The translations under genes were made by a program, and so were the position numbers. DNA of 63,723 nucleotides, filler included, from Collodictyon triciliatum (lineage: Eukaryota), in NCBI GenBank assembly GCA_043381765.1. It is 3 parts of 3 records of this genome, joined end to end, with 100 filler letters (N's around TTAATTAATTAA, not from the genome) between each part and the next. Parts side by side here need not be neighbours in the genome. Positions count along the whole stretch, not along the records: positions 27,310 to 54,503 come from JBHJMP010000997.1; positions 54,604 to 63,723 come from JBHJMP010001044.1; 1 more part is not named here. One strand, given 5' to 3'. The notes below the pieces were generated by a model. It was not told the origin of the DNA. It saw nothing but the letters and a program-made list of their open reading frames with translations, and did no database searches. Positions 46,801-59,200 of the stretch are shown here, in pieces. Each line of letters opens with the position of its first letter. Within the stretch, counting starts at the first letter, position 1.

Positions 46801-49800
46801 TCGTGTAATTACTCATGTATATTTTTATTTTGCCACCAGAATACGAAAAAGAGGGACTCCAGGGCTTGCTTAAAATTATTCAAGAGAAAAATAAGCAATA
46901 CTTCAATTTTTGTCTCTTTTTTTCTTTTAATTATCAAATCGCATAAAGAAAAAGTGAAATTGATTTTTCTTTTATAGGGACGAAAAGTTTGTCTTCCTCA
47001 TCGATGCCATCAACCAAATCCACCCGTCGCAAGGAACGCCAGCTCCGCATCTGCTGACCTGGTTGCCCAAAGAAACACCAGCTAATATCACCATGGTTGT
47101 GTCGACTATCGATACTCACGAATCTTGCACGGTATTTTTATTTATATTATTTTTTTGTTTATATTCTGCATAAAAAGGTGATTATGAGTGGAAATTTACT
47201 ACTTTTCTCTTTCACAAGTCTGCCAAGCAAAGTGGACTGGAGCCAATACCTGTCACCAAGTTGACTGAGGGTGAAGTTGAGGATGGTGTCGAATCTTTCT
47301 TGACTCGCTATGATAAAACTCTGAACGAGAAGCAAATGGATATGATTTTGGATGACTTGGAAGACACTGGTGAGGCATTATGGCGGACAGAGAGTGTCGA
47401 CTAATATATTACAGAAACCATCTATTTCTTATCTTCTTTTTTTTTAGGTCACCCACTCTACCTTCGTATCGTGTTGGATGAAATCCGAGTTTTCGGAGTA
47501 TACGAGAAGCTCGATGACGAATTGAACACACTGCTATCAACAAATGGTGTGGTGGAGCTCTATACCCTCATCATCCAGCGCTGGCAACTGAAGTTTGATA
47601 GAGAATGTGAGTATTGGTTTCATATTTCACCTAGTCAAATAAAAGTAATTATTATTGAAACATTTATTGAACGATTCTTCCTTTTTTTTTCTTTTTCTTT
47701 TTTTCTTTTCTTTTTTTCTTTTTCTTTTTCTTTTTTTCTTTTTTTCTTTTTCTTTTTTTCTTTTTTTCTTTTTTTCTTTTTTTCTTTTTTTCTTTTTTTC
47801 TTTTTTTCTTTTTTTCTTTTTTTCTTTTTTTCTTTTTTTCTTTTTTCTATTTTTTTTTTCAGTTTCCTCGCCTGATAGAAAAGAGACAACGAAAGTTGAG
47901 TATGTATCCCTCTCGATGAAAGTACTCTTCGTTTCTCGGATTGGCCTAAGCGAGGGTGATTTGGACAAGTACATGAAAGATACCATTGGTACAGGATTCG
48001 AGCTGGCTGAATGGTTTTTTTTAAAACATTAGTATTATTAGTCAACATAATATACTTTTATCTTTTACCTTTTTTTTTTGTTCATCTTTTTATTTAACTT
48101 ATCGTTTATCTATTCAAATAGGAAATCTTTCTTCTTTACCCTCATCGAGTCGCTTTTCGTCCGTAATGGAAGGTTGGTGTTATTTTATATTTTAATCATT
48201 TTATTCTTTCATTGACGCTTTTTTGATATAATTTTATTTGCATATAACCATGGTAATTGTTATTTATTATAGATATATGTACTTCCACCAGTTGCTGCTG
48301 GAGACCACAGAAAAGGTCTACCTCTCCACAAAGAAAGAGATGGAAAAAACCCACGAAAAATACGGAAAATGGTTGTTTGGCCAATATTCTGAGGCTGTTG
48401 ATGCGGATGAGGAGCTTGCTGCTGAGATTTGCTATCAGCTTCTAAAGGGCAATTTGCTTGACTTGCTTGTCCAATACATGATGCAAAAACATGTAAATTA
48501 TTAATATATTCAATTTTATTCAATGATTTTATTAATAAAAACATTATCACTGATTATTTTTATATTTCATAGGTTATCAGCGTCATGCTTGGTGGCCGCT
48601 ATCGCTACGAGTTCTTTACATGTTGGAGAGCAATCAATGCAAGTGGAGCGGCAAACTACAAAGATGTTTATGGAAGCTTGGCGAAGGTAATTTATTATTT
48701 TCTTTTAATTTCATATGTGCTTCTGCTTATAAAATGTAATCGTCAATCATGATTATACTTCTAAGTATTAATTTTTTCAGTCTTTGGATAAAGAGGGAGA
48801 CCTGCTTGTTGAATTTTTCTTTGAGTCTTTGGAGAACTCGTTTTTATTGTCTGTTCTTAATGTGCGTCTTGGAAAGCATCAGACAGAGGGTATGGGATCT
48901 ATTATCTTTGATTAATTTTAATCATGAAGATGAGCTTGTATGTGGATGTTCAATAACATATTAATTTATAGATTCAAAGGCTGCTGATTACCTGAATCTT
49001 GGTCGTGTCTACAAGAACCTCCATAAGTTAAAAAAACACTAATGATTATAGTTAGAACTTTACATGAAATTTTAAAGCAATTTTTTCTAATATAAAATGA
49101 ATTCAAACAGCTGGGCTGAATCCATGGTCTACTACAAGAAATGCCTCGATTCAGTCGAGAAAAATGAGAGTAATACCCTGCGTATTGCCATCATTCATGA
49201 AGAAATGGGAATCATCTATCAGCAGCAGGATAAGTAAGTCTCATCAATCACTGTAAAATAAATTATTTATAATATTATGTTTCAAAAATGTGTTCTGACT
49301 TTTTTTTTCTTATAAAATAGAATTGATGAAGCTCTCGATGAATACAAGAAATCACTGTTCTTGAGAATCAAACAACTGGGCGAGAACGACTTGCAAGTGG
49401 CCCAATCACATGACCGATTCGGAGACATCTATATGAAGCAGTCGCAGTATTTTTATCATTTCTTATATCCTGTTTCTGCTTTTATTTTGTATATATGTAT
49501 ATTTTGATTAATATTTTATGATAGGAATGAGCAGGCTCTGGATGAATACACTAAGGCCATGGAAATCCGCCAAAAGAAAGTCGGAAATGAGCATCCTCTT
49601 GTTGCAACATCGTATCAGAACTATGGCCATGTCTCCCTGGCTGAGAAAAAGTAGCATAGTCATTCAATCAAATATTAATTTGAATACGATTATCATTTAT
49701 TTTGTGAAATGTTAATATGATTGAATCACCAAGGTATGAAGAGTCTTTTGAAAGCTACGACAAAGCGAAATCAATCCTTGAAAAATCGCTTGGAGCTAAG

Positions 49801-52800
49801 CATGCATCTGTTGCCTCGACAATCCAGTTTATTGCAAATGTTCATTTCGCTAGTGGAAAGTTCAAATTTATAATTTTTAGATTTTTTCACTCAATAAATT
49901 AATTTTTTTTTTTTATGCTTTCAATTTTTCCAACATGAGTTTAGTTTCATACCCTTCATTTGTATGTACGCTACTTGAGGCTAATATTTTGCACTTTATA
50001 ATTCAATTAAATAACTATTTAATAATTAACTATTTATAGGAAAACGGAGGCCTTACTCTCATTAAAGCAGTCTCTGGACATTTTCATATATGCCCTGGGT
50101 GAAAACCATCCGAATGTTGTGGCCTGCTATGAGATGATTGGTGACATCAGACATGATTTGAAGGAGTAAGTTTTTATCAATTACATTAATTTTTGTTGTC
50201 AAATTTATGCATTTTATACTATCCTAGCCTTAAGGGTGCTTTGGAGTCCTGTACAAAGACGCTGGATATTCGCATGAGAACCCTGGGTGAAAAGCATGCG
50301 GACTATGCTACTTCCCTTGAAAATATTGGTCGAACAAACTTTGAGCTTCAAAGGTTAAATTTTACATAATATTTTACATAAAATCGAATATTGTGATTGA
50401 ATACTTGTGAAACATACATTGAATAATAAATAATGAGCATGCATTTAGATTGGACCAAGTCGCTGAGTACTTCCAGAAGGCAGCTGCTGTCAGAAAGGAG
50501 ACAAAGACTATCGTGTCACTGAAAGACACTCACCAAATTGATGGAATTATCCGACTGATGAAGTACAAGAAAGATTATGAAGCCGTCATCCAGCTTTACA
50601 AAACAGCTGCTGTTAGACATGCCGAAAAGTCATCCTATGAAAACTGGGACTGCTGGGTGGCTTGTGAGAATGTGCACCAATATTGCAAAGACAACAAGCT
50701 ACATGAAAGTGGCGTAGCATTCTGGACTGAGATGAGAGACAGATTTGCCGATAAAATTGGATGGATTCACGAGAGAACAAGGCTAGCAAATGTTTTCCTG
50801 TTGGATTTCGGCAAACATGTGGAGAATTTCAATATTGATATGAAGGGCTTCAACGTTTCGGATGTTGATAATGCAGATGCCCTGGAGAATGTTGGCAGAT
50901 CAAACTTTGAGCTCAAGAGGTTTAATATTACAGTATTTTGTATATTAAATAACAATATTTTGACTTAATACTGGTGAAAAAATCTATTAAATAATAATTA
51001 ATCTGTATGCATTTAGATCGGACCAAGTCATTGAATACTTCCAGAAGGCAGCTGCTGTCAGAAAGGAGACAAAGACTATCATGTCACTGAAAGATACTCA
51101 TCAAATTGATAATATAATCCGATTCATGAAGTACAAGAGAGAGCATGAAACAGTTATTCAACTTTACAGAGCAGCTATTGTTAGACATGGTGAAAAGTCA
51201 TCCTATGAAAACTGGAACTGCCAGGTGGCTTGTGAGAATGCGTACCAATACTGTAAAGACAACAAGCTACAAGAAAGTGCCATGGCATTCTGGACTGAGA
51301 TGAGAGACAGATTTGCTGATAAAATTGGATGGATTCACCCCAGAACATTAAACTTATGCAAATACTTGTCCTTCCATTCGAATGGAATCGGAATCAACAA
51401 AGAGCCCGTCGAGTTTACAAGAGTAAAAGAATTCATCAGTGAAACTCTCAGTGATGCAAAACTGGATGAAGGGTGGAATGGTGAACAAATAATAGCATTC
51501 TTATTCAGAATTATGTACATGTCACGAAATGATGAGAGCAAATCAAAGGCTGCATCTGATGCAATTACAATTTTAAATTTCATGAATGTTTCGTTTGGTG
51601 GAATGGATTTATCAAACATCAAAATTCCAAATGCAAATCTCAGCAATTCAATCCTTGATAGTGCAAACCTTACTGGTTCAAACTTGGATGGCGTTGATTT
51701 CACAAATTCGATGCTTGGTGATTGTATTTTAGATAATACCAATATGAGGAATGTGAAATTCGGAATTCCTCATGATAAACTAGAAGGTCATACGGATGTT
51801 GTCATGTGTTTTTGCATCATTCAAGGACCGAATGGTGAAAAATGGTTGGCTTCTGGGAGTAGGGATAGAACAATACGCATTTGGGATGTAGTCACAGGAC
51901 GTCAAATCAAAACATTGGAAGGGCATACATATGATGTCAGCTGCGTTTGCATTATTCAAGGACCTAATGGTGAAAATTGGTTGGTTTCTGGAAGTGGTGA
52001 TACTACAATACGTATTTGGGATGTAGCCGCAGGAAACCAAATCAAAATACTTGAGGGTCATACAAATGATGTCATCAGTGTTTGCAGTATTCAAGGACCG
52101 AATAGAGGAGAATGGGTGGCTTCTGGAGGTGAAGATAATACAATACGTATTTGGGATGTAGCTGCAGGAAATCAAATCAAAACATTAGAAGGACATGCAG
52201 GACCTGTCAACAGTGTTTGTAGTATTCAAGGACCGAATGGAGGAAAATGGGTGGCTTCTGGAAGTTGTGATAAAACAATACGTATTTGGGATTTAACCAC
52301 AGGAAATCCAATCAAAATATTAGTAGGACATACAAGTTGGGTCATCAGCGTCTGCAGTCTTCAAGGACCGAATGGAGAAAACTGGCTGGCTTCTGGAAGT
52401 GATGATAAAACAATACGTATTTGGGATGTAGCCACAGGAAACCAGATCAAAATACTTAAGGGTCATACATTGATTGTCATTAGCGTTTGCAGTATTCAAG
52501 GACCGAATGGTGAAAGGTGGCTGGCTTCTGGAAGTGATGATAAAACTGTACGTATTTGGGATGTAGCAACAGGAAACCAAATCAAAATATTAAAAGGACA
52601 TAGAAATCCTGTCAATAGTGTGTACGGTATTCAAGGACCGAATGGTAAAAACTGGCTGGCTTCGGGAAGTGGTGATAAAACAATACGTATTTGGGATGTA
52701 GCAACAGGAAATCAAACACATAGCCTGCAAAAATCAGAAGTGACATACACCCAAGGAAAATGCCTTGTCAAGAAAGAAAAGTCAGACGAAGTCATCGCAG

Positions 52801-53810
52801 CGTTCAATAGAACCAGTGATGCGATGAACATGATTCATATCAACGTAATCCAAGATGCAAAGACAGTCCAGATTGTTGGCCCAAGAAAGCTGCAAGGTGG
52901 AAACATCCAAATCAGAAATGTCAAAGAATTGAATCGATTCAACAAATCCATCCTACTTTCATTTGGTGCAGCTTCTTTTGATGCAGACTTTGCTGCCTAT
53001 TGTGAGCAGGATAAATTCACCGAGTACCAGGCTCGAATGATGGCTGAATGCTATGAGAATGGGTGGGGTGTTGAGAAGGACACCGAGAAGGCTTACTTCT
53101 GGAGAGTTGTCGCTCCTTTGAAATTATCATTAAATCTTGGTGGATTGCAGAATGTGGCACAACAAGGCTCAAAAGATGCATTCAGTATTTTGAAGGAAAT
53201 GGGTGAAATGAAGAAAGATATCAAAGACATTAGGAAAAGAAAAATTGGTGAAAAACTTTATTATCCAAAGGCTGTTTCTATTGTGGCAGAGTGCTATGAG
53301 AATGGATGGGGTGTTGAAAAGGACATCATAAAAGCAGCTGAGTGGTTTGGAAAATCGGAAAACTTTCAGAAACTGAAGCAACTTGCACAACAAGGCTTAA
53401 AAGATGCATTCAGTGTTTTGAAAGAAATGGCTGGAATGAAACACATAGGAAGATGGGATGGAAAATTGAAATATTTCCAGGCTGTATCTATTGTGGCGGA
53501 GTGCTATGAGAATGGATGGGGTGTTGAGAAGGACACTGAGAAAGCAGCTGAGTGGTTTAGGAATGCTGGAAGCTATGTGGAAGAAGACCAAGATAAATAT
53601 GGGGATGAATATGAAGATGAATATAGAGATGGAGATGGAGATGGATATGGATATGGATATGGATATGGATATGACAATGAATATAGAGATGAATATGGAG
53701 ATGAATATGGAGATGAATATGGAGATGAATATGGAGATGAATATGGAGATGAATATGGAGATGAATATGGAGATGAACATGAAGATGAACATGAACATGA
53801 ATGGATATAG
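43897..53810 (+). CDS. NLR-like STAND protein: CH-DUF4062-NACHT-TPR-pentapeptide-WD40x7-Sel1x3-acidic DEYG tail
   Basis: ATG 43897 MSATETSTEANTSLVTIDE; CH-like AVLEWVNHHLGKIELKAKNIHGDFMDGFFLAMLIE; DUF4062 IRVYLSSTLRDMQQERD, FIDLRWG, FVCSLGARYGWIP, SATEYEI; Walker A AESGIGKSS; Walker B FVFLIDAINQI; GHPLYLRIVLDEIRVFG; 42-aa TPRs on ~126-nt exons; final exon 51017-53810 per ORF track. Confidence 0.88.
51780..52724 (+). repeat. Seven tandem 135-bp coding repeats (45-aa WD40 units)
   Basis: Units LxGH...IQGPNGExWLASGSxDxTIRIWDVxTGNQIK recur every 135 nt from 51780, with near-identical DNA such as attcaaggaccgaatgg and caatacgtatttgggatgtagc. Confidence 0.95.
53595..53805 (+). repeat. Coding minisatellite (gatgaatatgga)n / (ggatat)n encoding DEYG and GY repeats
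   Basis: Direct reading of 12-bp and 6-bp units at the end of ORF 51081..53810. Confidence 0.9.
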
Positions 53811-54370
53811 AAAGCTTCGGCTTAACAAAGTAAGTAAAAATAAATCTAAACCCCCTTCCTCGCCTAGAATCGATAATGGGAAAAAATGGTAAGTAAACAA
53901 AAAAAAAATGCATTTAATCAATAAATTATTTAATTATATTTGTTTTTTTCGAGATATTCTTCGGGGTTTTTTCAAGCAGATCTCCGCTTTTTTCCAGAAG
54001 AATGGTCCATGAAAACTGAATAAAACCAAAAAATGAAAGAAAATCTGATCGAACTGTGTTGAATCCTATTCTTTTTTTTTCTTCTACCCAGTAAAACATC
54101 GTTTCTTGTTACATTATCAGCATGATAAATTTCAATAAATAACCGTCATGAGAAACAGAAGGAGCCATTCAACATCCAGCTATCTTATATCACAGCTGTT
54201 TGATAAATGGCGCTTGGGCTTCTCAGTGATTTCCTGTCATGGGTATGAAACTTCATTTGTCACTGTTACTAAAGATATTGTGTTTAATGCTGACATTTGG
54301 ACATCCCAAGCCCATGCACTATCATATCCGATTTTTCTATATATTTATTTTTCCTTTCAATTTTGAGCAG

Positions 54371-54503
54371 GATGGTGGAGATGCTGGCTTTGGTTCGCTA
54401 GCCTTCGTTTGCATGGACGCTACTTGGTGGCCGGGTGGCGGAGAAGTAGTCGGTAATCAGGAATTGCATCCTGCGGTTTGGCCTGTAGCCTGGGTCTTGT
54501 GCT
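54371..54503. repeat. Dispersed repeat copy at contig end, homologous to 38547-38675
   Basis: Same shared blocks. The minus strand reads AQDPGYRPNRRMQFLITDYFSATRPPSSVHANEG-stop. Confidence 0.8.
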
Positions 54504-54603
54504 NNNNNNNNNNNNNNNNNNNNNNNNNNNNNNNNNNNNNNNNNNNNTTAATTAATTAANNNNNNNNNNNNNNNNNNNNNNNNNNNNNNNNNNNNNNNNN
54601 NNN
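54504..54603. other. Artificial contig linker N44-TTAATTAATTAA-N44
   Basis: Same 12-mer at 54548-54559 centred in a 100-bp N block. Confidence 0.95.
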
Positions 54604-56070
54604 AAAAAGTGCATTTTAAGGGTCAAAATGTGCATTTTTAGGGTCAAAAAGTGCATTTTTGGGGTCAAAATGGGCATTTTTGGGGTAAAATTGTGCATTT
54701 TGGGGGTTATTAAAAAACACATATGAAAAAAATTTATAAATTTTATATAGGCCAAAAAGTGCATTTTTATGTCCAAAAAGTGCATTTTTAGGGTCAAAAT
54801 GTGCATTTTTAGGGTCAAAAAGTGCATTTTTGGGGTCAAAATGGGCATTTTTGGGGTAAAATTGTGCATTTTGGGGGTTATTAAAAAACACATATGAAAA
54901 AAATTTATAAATTTTATATAGGCCAAAAAGTGCATTTTTATGTCCAAAAAGTGCATTTTTAGGGTCAAAATGTGCATTTTTAGGGTCAAAAAGTGCATTT
55001 TTGGGGTCAAAATGGGCATTTTTGGGGTAAAATTGTGCATTTTGGAGGTTATTAAAAAACCCATATGAAAAAAAAAATAAATTTTAGGTACCCCAAATAG
55101 TGCACTTTTAGGGTCCAAAAGTGCATTTTTAGGGTCAAAAAGGGCCATTTTATAGTCAAAAAGTGCATTTTTGGGTCCAAAAAGTGCATTTTTGGGTCCA
55201 AAAAGGGCATTTTTAGGGTCAAAAAAGTGCATATTTTGCGGGATAAAAAAAAGGACCCAGATTTTTTTACGGTTTAGGTACCCCAAAAAGTGCACTTTTA
55301 GGGTCCAAAAGTGCATTTTTAAGGTCAAAAAGGGCCATTTTATAGTCAAAAAGTGCATTTTTGGGTCCAAAAAGTGCATTTNNNNNNNNNNNNNNNNNNN
55401 NNNNNNNNNNNNNNNNNNNNNNNNNNNNNNNNNNNNNNNNNNNNNNNNNNNNNNNNNNNNNNNNNNNNNNNNNNNNNNNNNNNNNNNNNNNNNNNNNNNN
55501 NNNNNNNNNNNNNNNNNNNNNNNNNNNNNNNNNNNNNNNNNNNNNNNNNNNNNNNNNNNNNNNNNNNNNNNNNNNNNNNNNNNNNNNNNNNNNNNNNNNN
55601 NNNNNNNNNNNNNNNNNNNNNNNNNNNNNNNNNNNNNNNNNNNNNNNNNNNNNNNNNNNNNNNNNNNNNNNNNNNNNNNNNNNNNNNNNNNNNNNNNNNN
55701 NNNNNNNNNNNNNNNNNNNNNNNNNNNNNNNNNNNNNNNNNNNNNNNNNNNNNNNNNNNNNNNNNNNNNNNNNNNNNNNNNNNNNNNNNNNNNNNNNNNN
55801 NNNNNNNNNNNNNNNNNAAAGGGCCATTTTATAGTCAAAAAGTGCATTTTTGGGTCCAAAAAGTGCATTTTTGGGTCCAAAAAGGGCATTTTTGGGTCCA
55901 AAAAGTGCATATTTTGCGGGATAAAAAAAAGGACCCAAATTTTTTTACGGTTTAGGTACCCCAAAAAGTGCACTTTTAGGGTCCAAAAGTGCATTTTTAA
56001 GGTCAAAAAGGGCCATTTTATAGTCAAAAAGTGCATTTTTGGGGCAAAAAAGGGGATTTTTGGGGCCTAA
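54604..56070. repeat. Satellite DNA: ~21-bp monomers in 171-bp and ~190-bp higher-order units
   Basis: Monomer aaaaagtgcatttttagggtc and variants. Landmark atatgaaaa at 54721, 54892, 55063 (period 171); ggtacccc at 55087 and 55277 (period 190). N gap 55382-55817 lies inside the array. Confidence 0.93.
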
Positions 56071-56242
56071 AAAACCATGGGTTTTTATGGGTTTTCATGG
56101 GCTTTTTGGGGCCAAAAAAATTCGCTAAGTATAAAAATCCAAAATGCCTCCATTCTCAAACTTTGTGGCCGTAACGGCTATCCGGCCACAAATTCCCCAG
56201 ATGACAGGGGGTACCAAGACCTGTCAAACGATGGGAACGGAG

Positions 56243-59200
56243 TTCGGGTCTGACGATTTTTGACAGGTGTCAGATAGGAGGTAACAGTTTTTTTTTGGGG
56301 GGGGGGGGTATTCTAATCAAAGCTAGACCCCCCCAAAAAATTTCGGAATTTATTTTTGTTTTCCTAGCATGTTAGATATTCATATGAGACGTATGTTGCA
56401 TAGCAACACATATGAAACTGACCCTATATTGGTGGACTTATAGAATACGACAAAGTACGAGGTATCAAAATTTGGGGTCAAACATGCGATTTTGGCCTCT
56501 TATGCAACTTGTGCACGGAAAAGCCGACCGACCCCCCGGACCCTCGGCATGTAAGGGGTACCTGGGGCTATCAGACTATGTGATCAGATTTGACGTGTGA
56601 TCATTTTTGATGGGGGTCTGATGGGTGGTCCGATCAAAAATTTGGTAAAAAAAAAAATTTTTTTTTGCACATGTACCTATGCCAGCCCCCCCAACCAAAA
56701 GCGGAACTTTATTTTTTTTTTAATATTCAGGTAGATATCAACGAGATCTATCATAATGATAAGCACGGCATATGAATATCTCTTACAACCATGGAGCTGG
56801 ACAAGGTGGGCGTCCGGATTTTTTTGGGTGTCGCATAACACATGTACCTATACCAGCCCCCCCAACCAAAAGCGGAATTTAAATTATTTTTTCAGATTTA
56901 GATACATATTAGCAGGGCCTATCATAGGTATGAATATCATTTGGATATCTGTTATACTCATCGACTTGCACAAGGTACATGTGCAAAATTTTTTGGGTGT
57001 CGCATACCACATGTACCTATGCCAGCCCCCCCAACCAAAAGCGGAATTTAAAATATTTTTTCAGATTCAGATACATATTAGCAGGGTCTATAACATGGGG
57101 GAATGGCATTTGGATATCTCTTATACTCATCGACTTGCACAAGGTACATGTCCAGATTTTTTAGGGTCCGGAATGACCACTTACCTTGACAGCCCCCCCC
57201 CCCCGGGTCCTAGAAAAAAAAAAGTTGCAGATTCTTGTAGATCATTGAATTCTAACTTTGTGATGTGAAAAAATATTTCAATTATCTCTTATATTGATGG
57301 ACTTTACCTTGGAGCCCAAGTACATATTGGGGGTCTCATATGGACTTTTCATATATAGACCAGATTAATCCAGGGGATCCATAGGATGTACCTAGGCATG
57401 CATCAGATGTCCTACTAAGTGGTATAGGGGTGTGCAGTTTTTCATCCTAATGACGTTTTTAATATCAGAATGGCTTGCCGAGGCCTTGAAGGCCCAGAAT
57501 AATAAAAAAAAAATTAGATTCCGCATATGGTAAGCCAGATATAGAAGTTTCTAGTTTTTTGCGGACGGCCTCCAAGTAAAACTTTTGCATGGAAATAGCT
57601 ATGAGCCTGTGATTTACTCGGTTGGTAGAGGGTACCTAGACCTATCTGCCCATGTGATCAGATTTCGGGTCTGACGATTTTTGACAGGTGTCAGATAGGT
57701 GGTGAAAATTTTTTTTTGGGACCCCGACCCTACATGTACCTATGCTAGACCCCCCCAAAAAAATTGCGATTTCATTTTTGTTTTCTGGGTATGTTAGATA
57801 TTCATATGGGACGTATGTTGCATAGCAACACATATGAAACTGACCCTATATTGGTGGACTTATAGAATACGACAAAGTACGAGGTATTAAAATTTGGGGT
57901 CAAACATGCGATTTTGGCCTCTTATGCAACTTGTGCACGGAAAAGCCGACCGACCCCCCGGACCCTCGGCATGTAAGGGGTACCTGGGGCTATCAGAATA
58001 TGTGATCAGATTTGACGTGTGATCATTTTTGATGGGGGTCTGATGGGTGGTCCGATCAAAAATTTGGTAAAAAAAAAATTTTTTTTTTACACATGTACCT
58101 ATGCCAGCCCCCCCAACCAAAAGCGGAACTTTATTTTTTTTTTAATATTCAGGTAGATATCAACGAGATCTATCATAATGATAAGCACGGCATATGAATA
58201 TCTCTTACAACCATGGAGCTGGACAAGGTGGGCGTCCGGATTTTTTTGGGTGTCGCATAACACATGTACCTATACCAGCCCCCCCAACCAAAAGCGGAAT
58301 TTAAATTATTTTTTCAGATTTAGATACATATTAGCAGGGCCTATCATAGGTATGAATATCATTTGGATATCTGTTATACTCATCGACTTGCACAAGGTAC
58401 ATGTGCAAAATTTTTTGGGTGTCGCATACCACATGTACCTATGCCAGCCCCCCCAACCAAAAGCGGAATTTAAAATATTTTTTCAGATTCAGATACATAT
58501 TAGCAGGGTCTATAACATGGGGGAATGGCATTTGGATATCTCTTATACTCATCGACTTGCACAAGGTACATGTCCAGATTTTTTAGGGTCCGGAATGACC
58601 ACTTACCTTGACAGCCCCCCCCCCCCGGGTCCTAGAAAAAAAAAAGTTGCAGATTCTTGTAGATCATTGAATTCTAACTTTGTGATGTGAAAAAATATTT
58701 CAATTATCTCTTATATTGATGGACTTTACCTTGGAGCCCAAGTACATATTGGGGGTCTCATATGGACTTTTCATATATAGACCAGATTAATCCAGGGGAT
58801 CCATAGGATGTACCTAGGCATGCATCAGATGTCCTACTAAGTGGTATAGGGGTGTGCAGTTTTTCATCCTAATGACGTTTTTAATATCAGAATGGCTTGC
58901 CGAGGCCTTGAAGGCCCAGAATAATAAAAAAAAAATTAGATTCCGCATATGGTAAGCCAGATATAGAAGTTTCTAGTTTTTTGCGGACGGCCTCCAAGTA
59001 AAACTTTTGCATGGAAATAGCTATGAGCCTGTGATTTACTCGGTTGGTAGAGGGTACCTAGACCTATCTGCCCATGTGATCAGATTTCGGGTCTGACGAT
59101 TTTTGACAGGTGTCAGATAGGTGGTGAAAATTTTTTTTTGGGACCCCGACCCTACATGTACCTATGCTAGACCCCCCCAAAAAAATTGCGATTTCATTTT

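Noticed and set aside
53397-53921. Antisense and alternate-frame ORFs (IFIS, HIHL, MEMN repeats)
   Set aside because: Shadows of the DEYG minisatellite in the real plus-strand exon.
54552-56070. Long repetitive ORFs (MHFLTLK/PKNALF repeats)
   Set aside because: By-product of a 21-bp satellite lacking stops in some frames, plus N runs.
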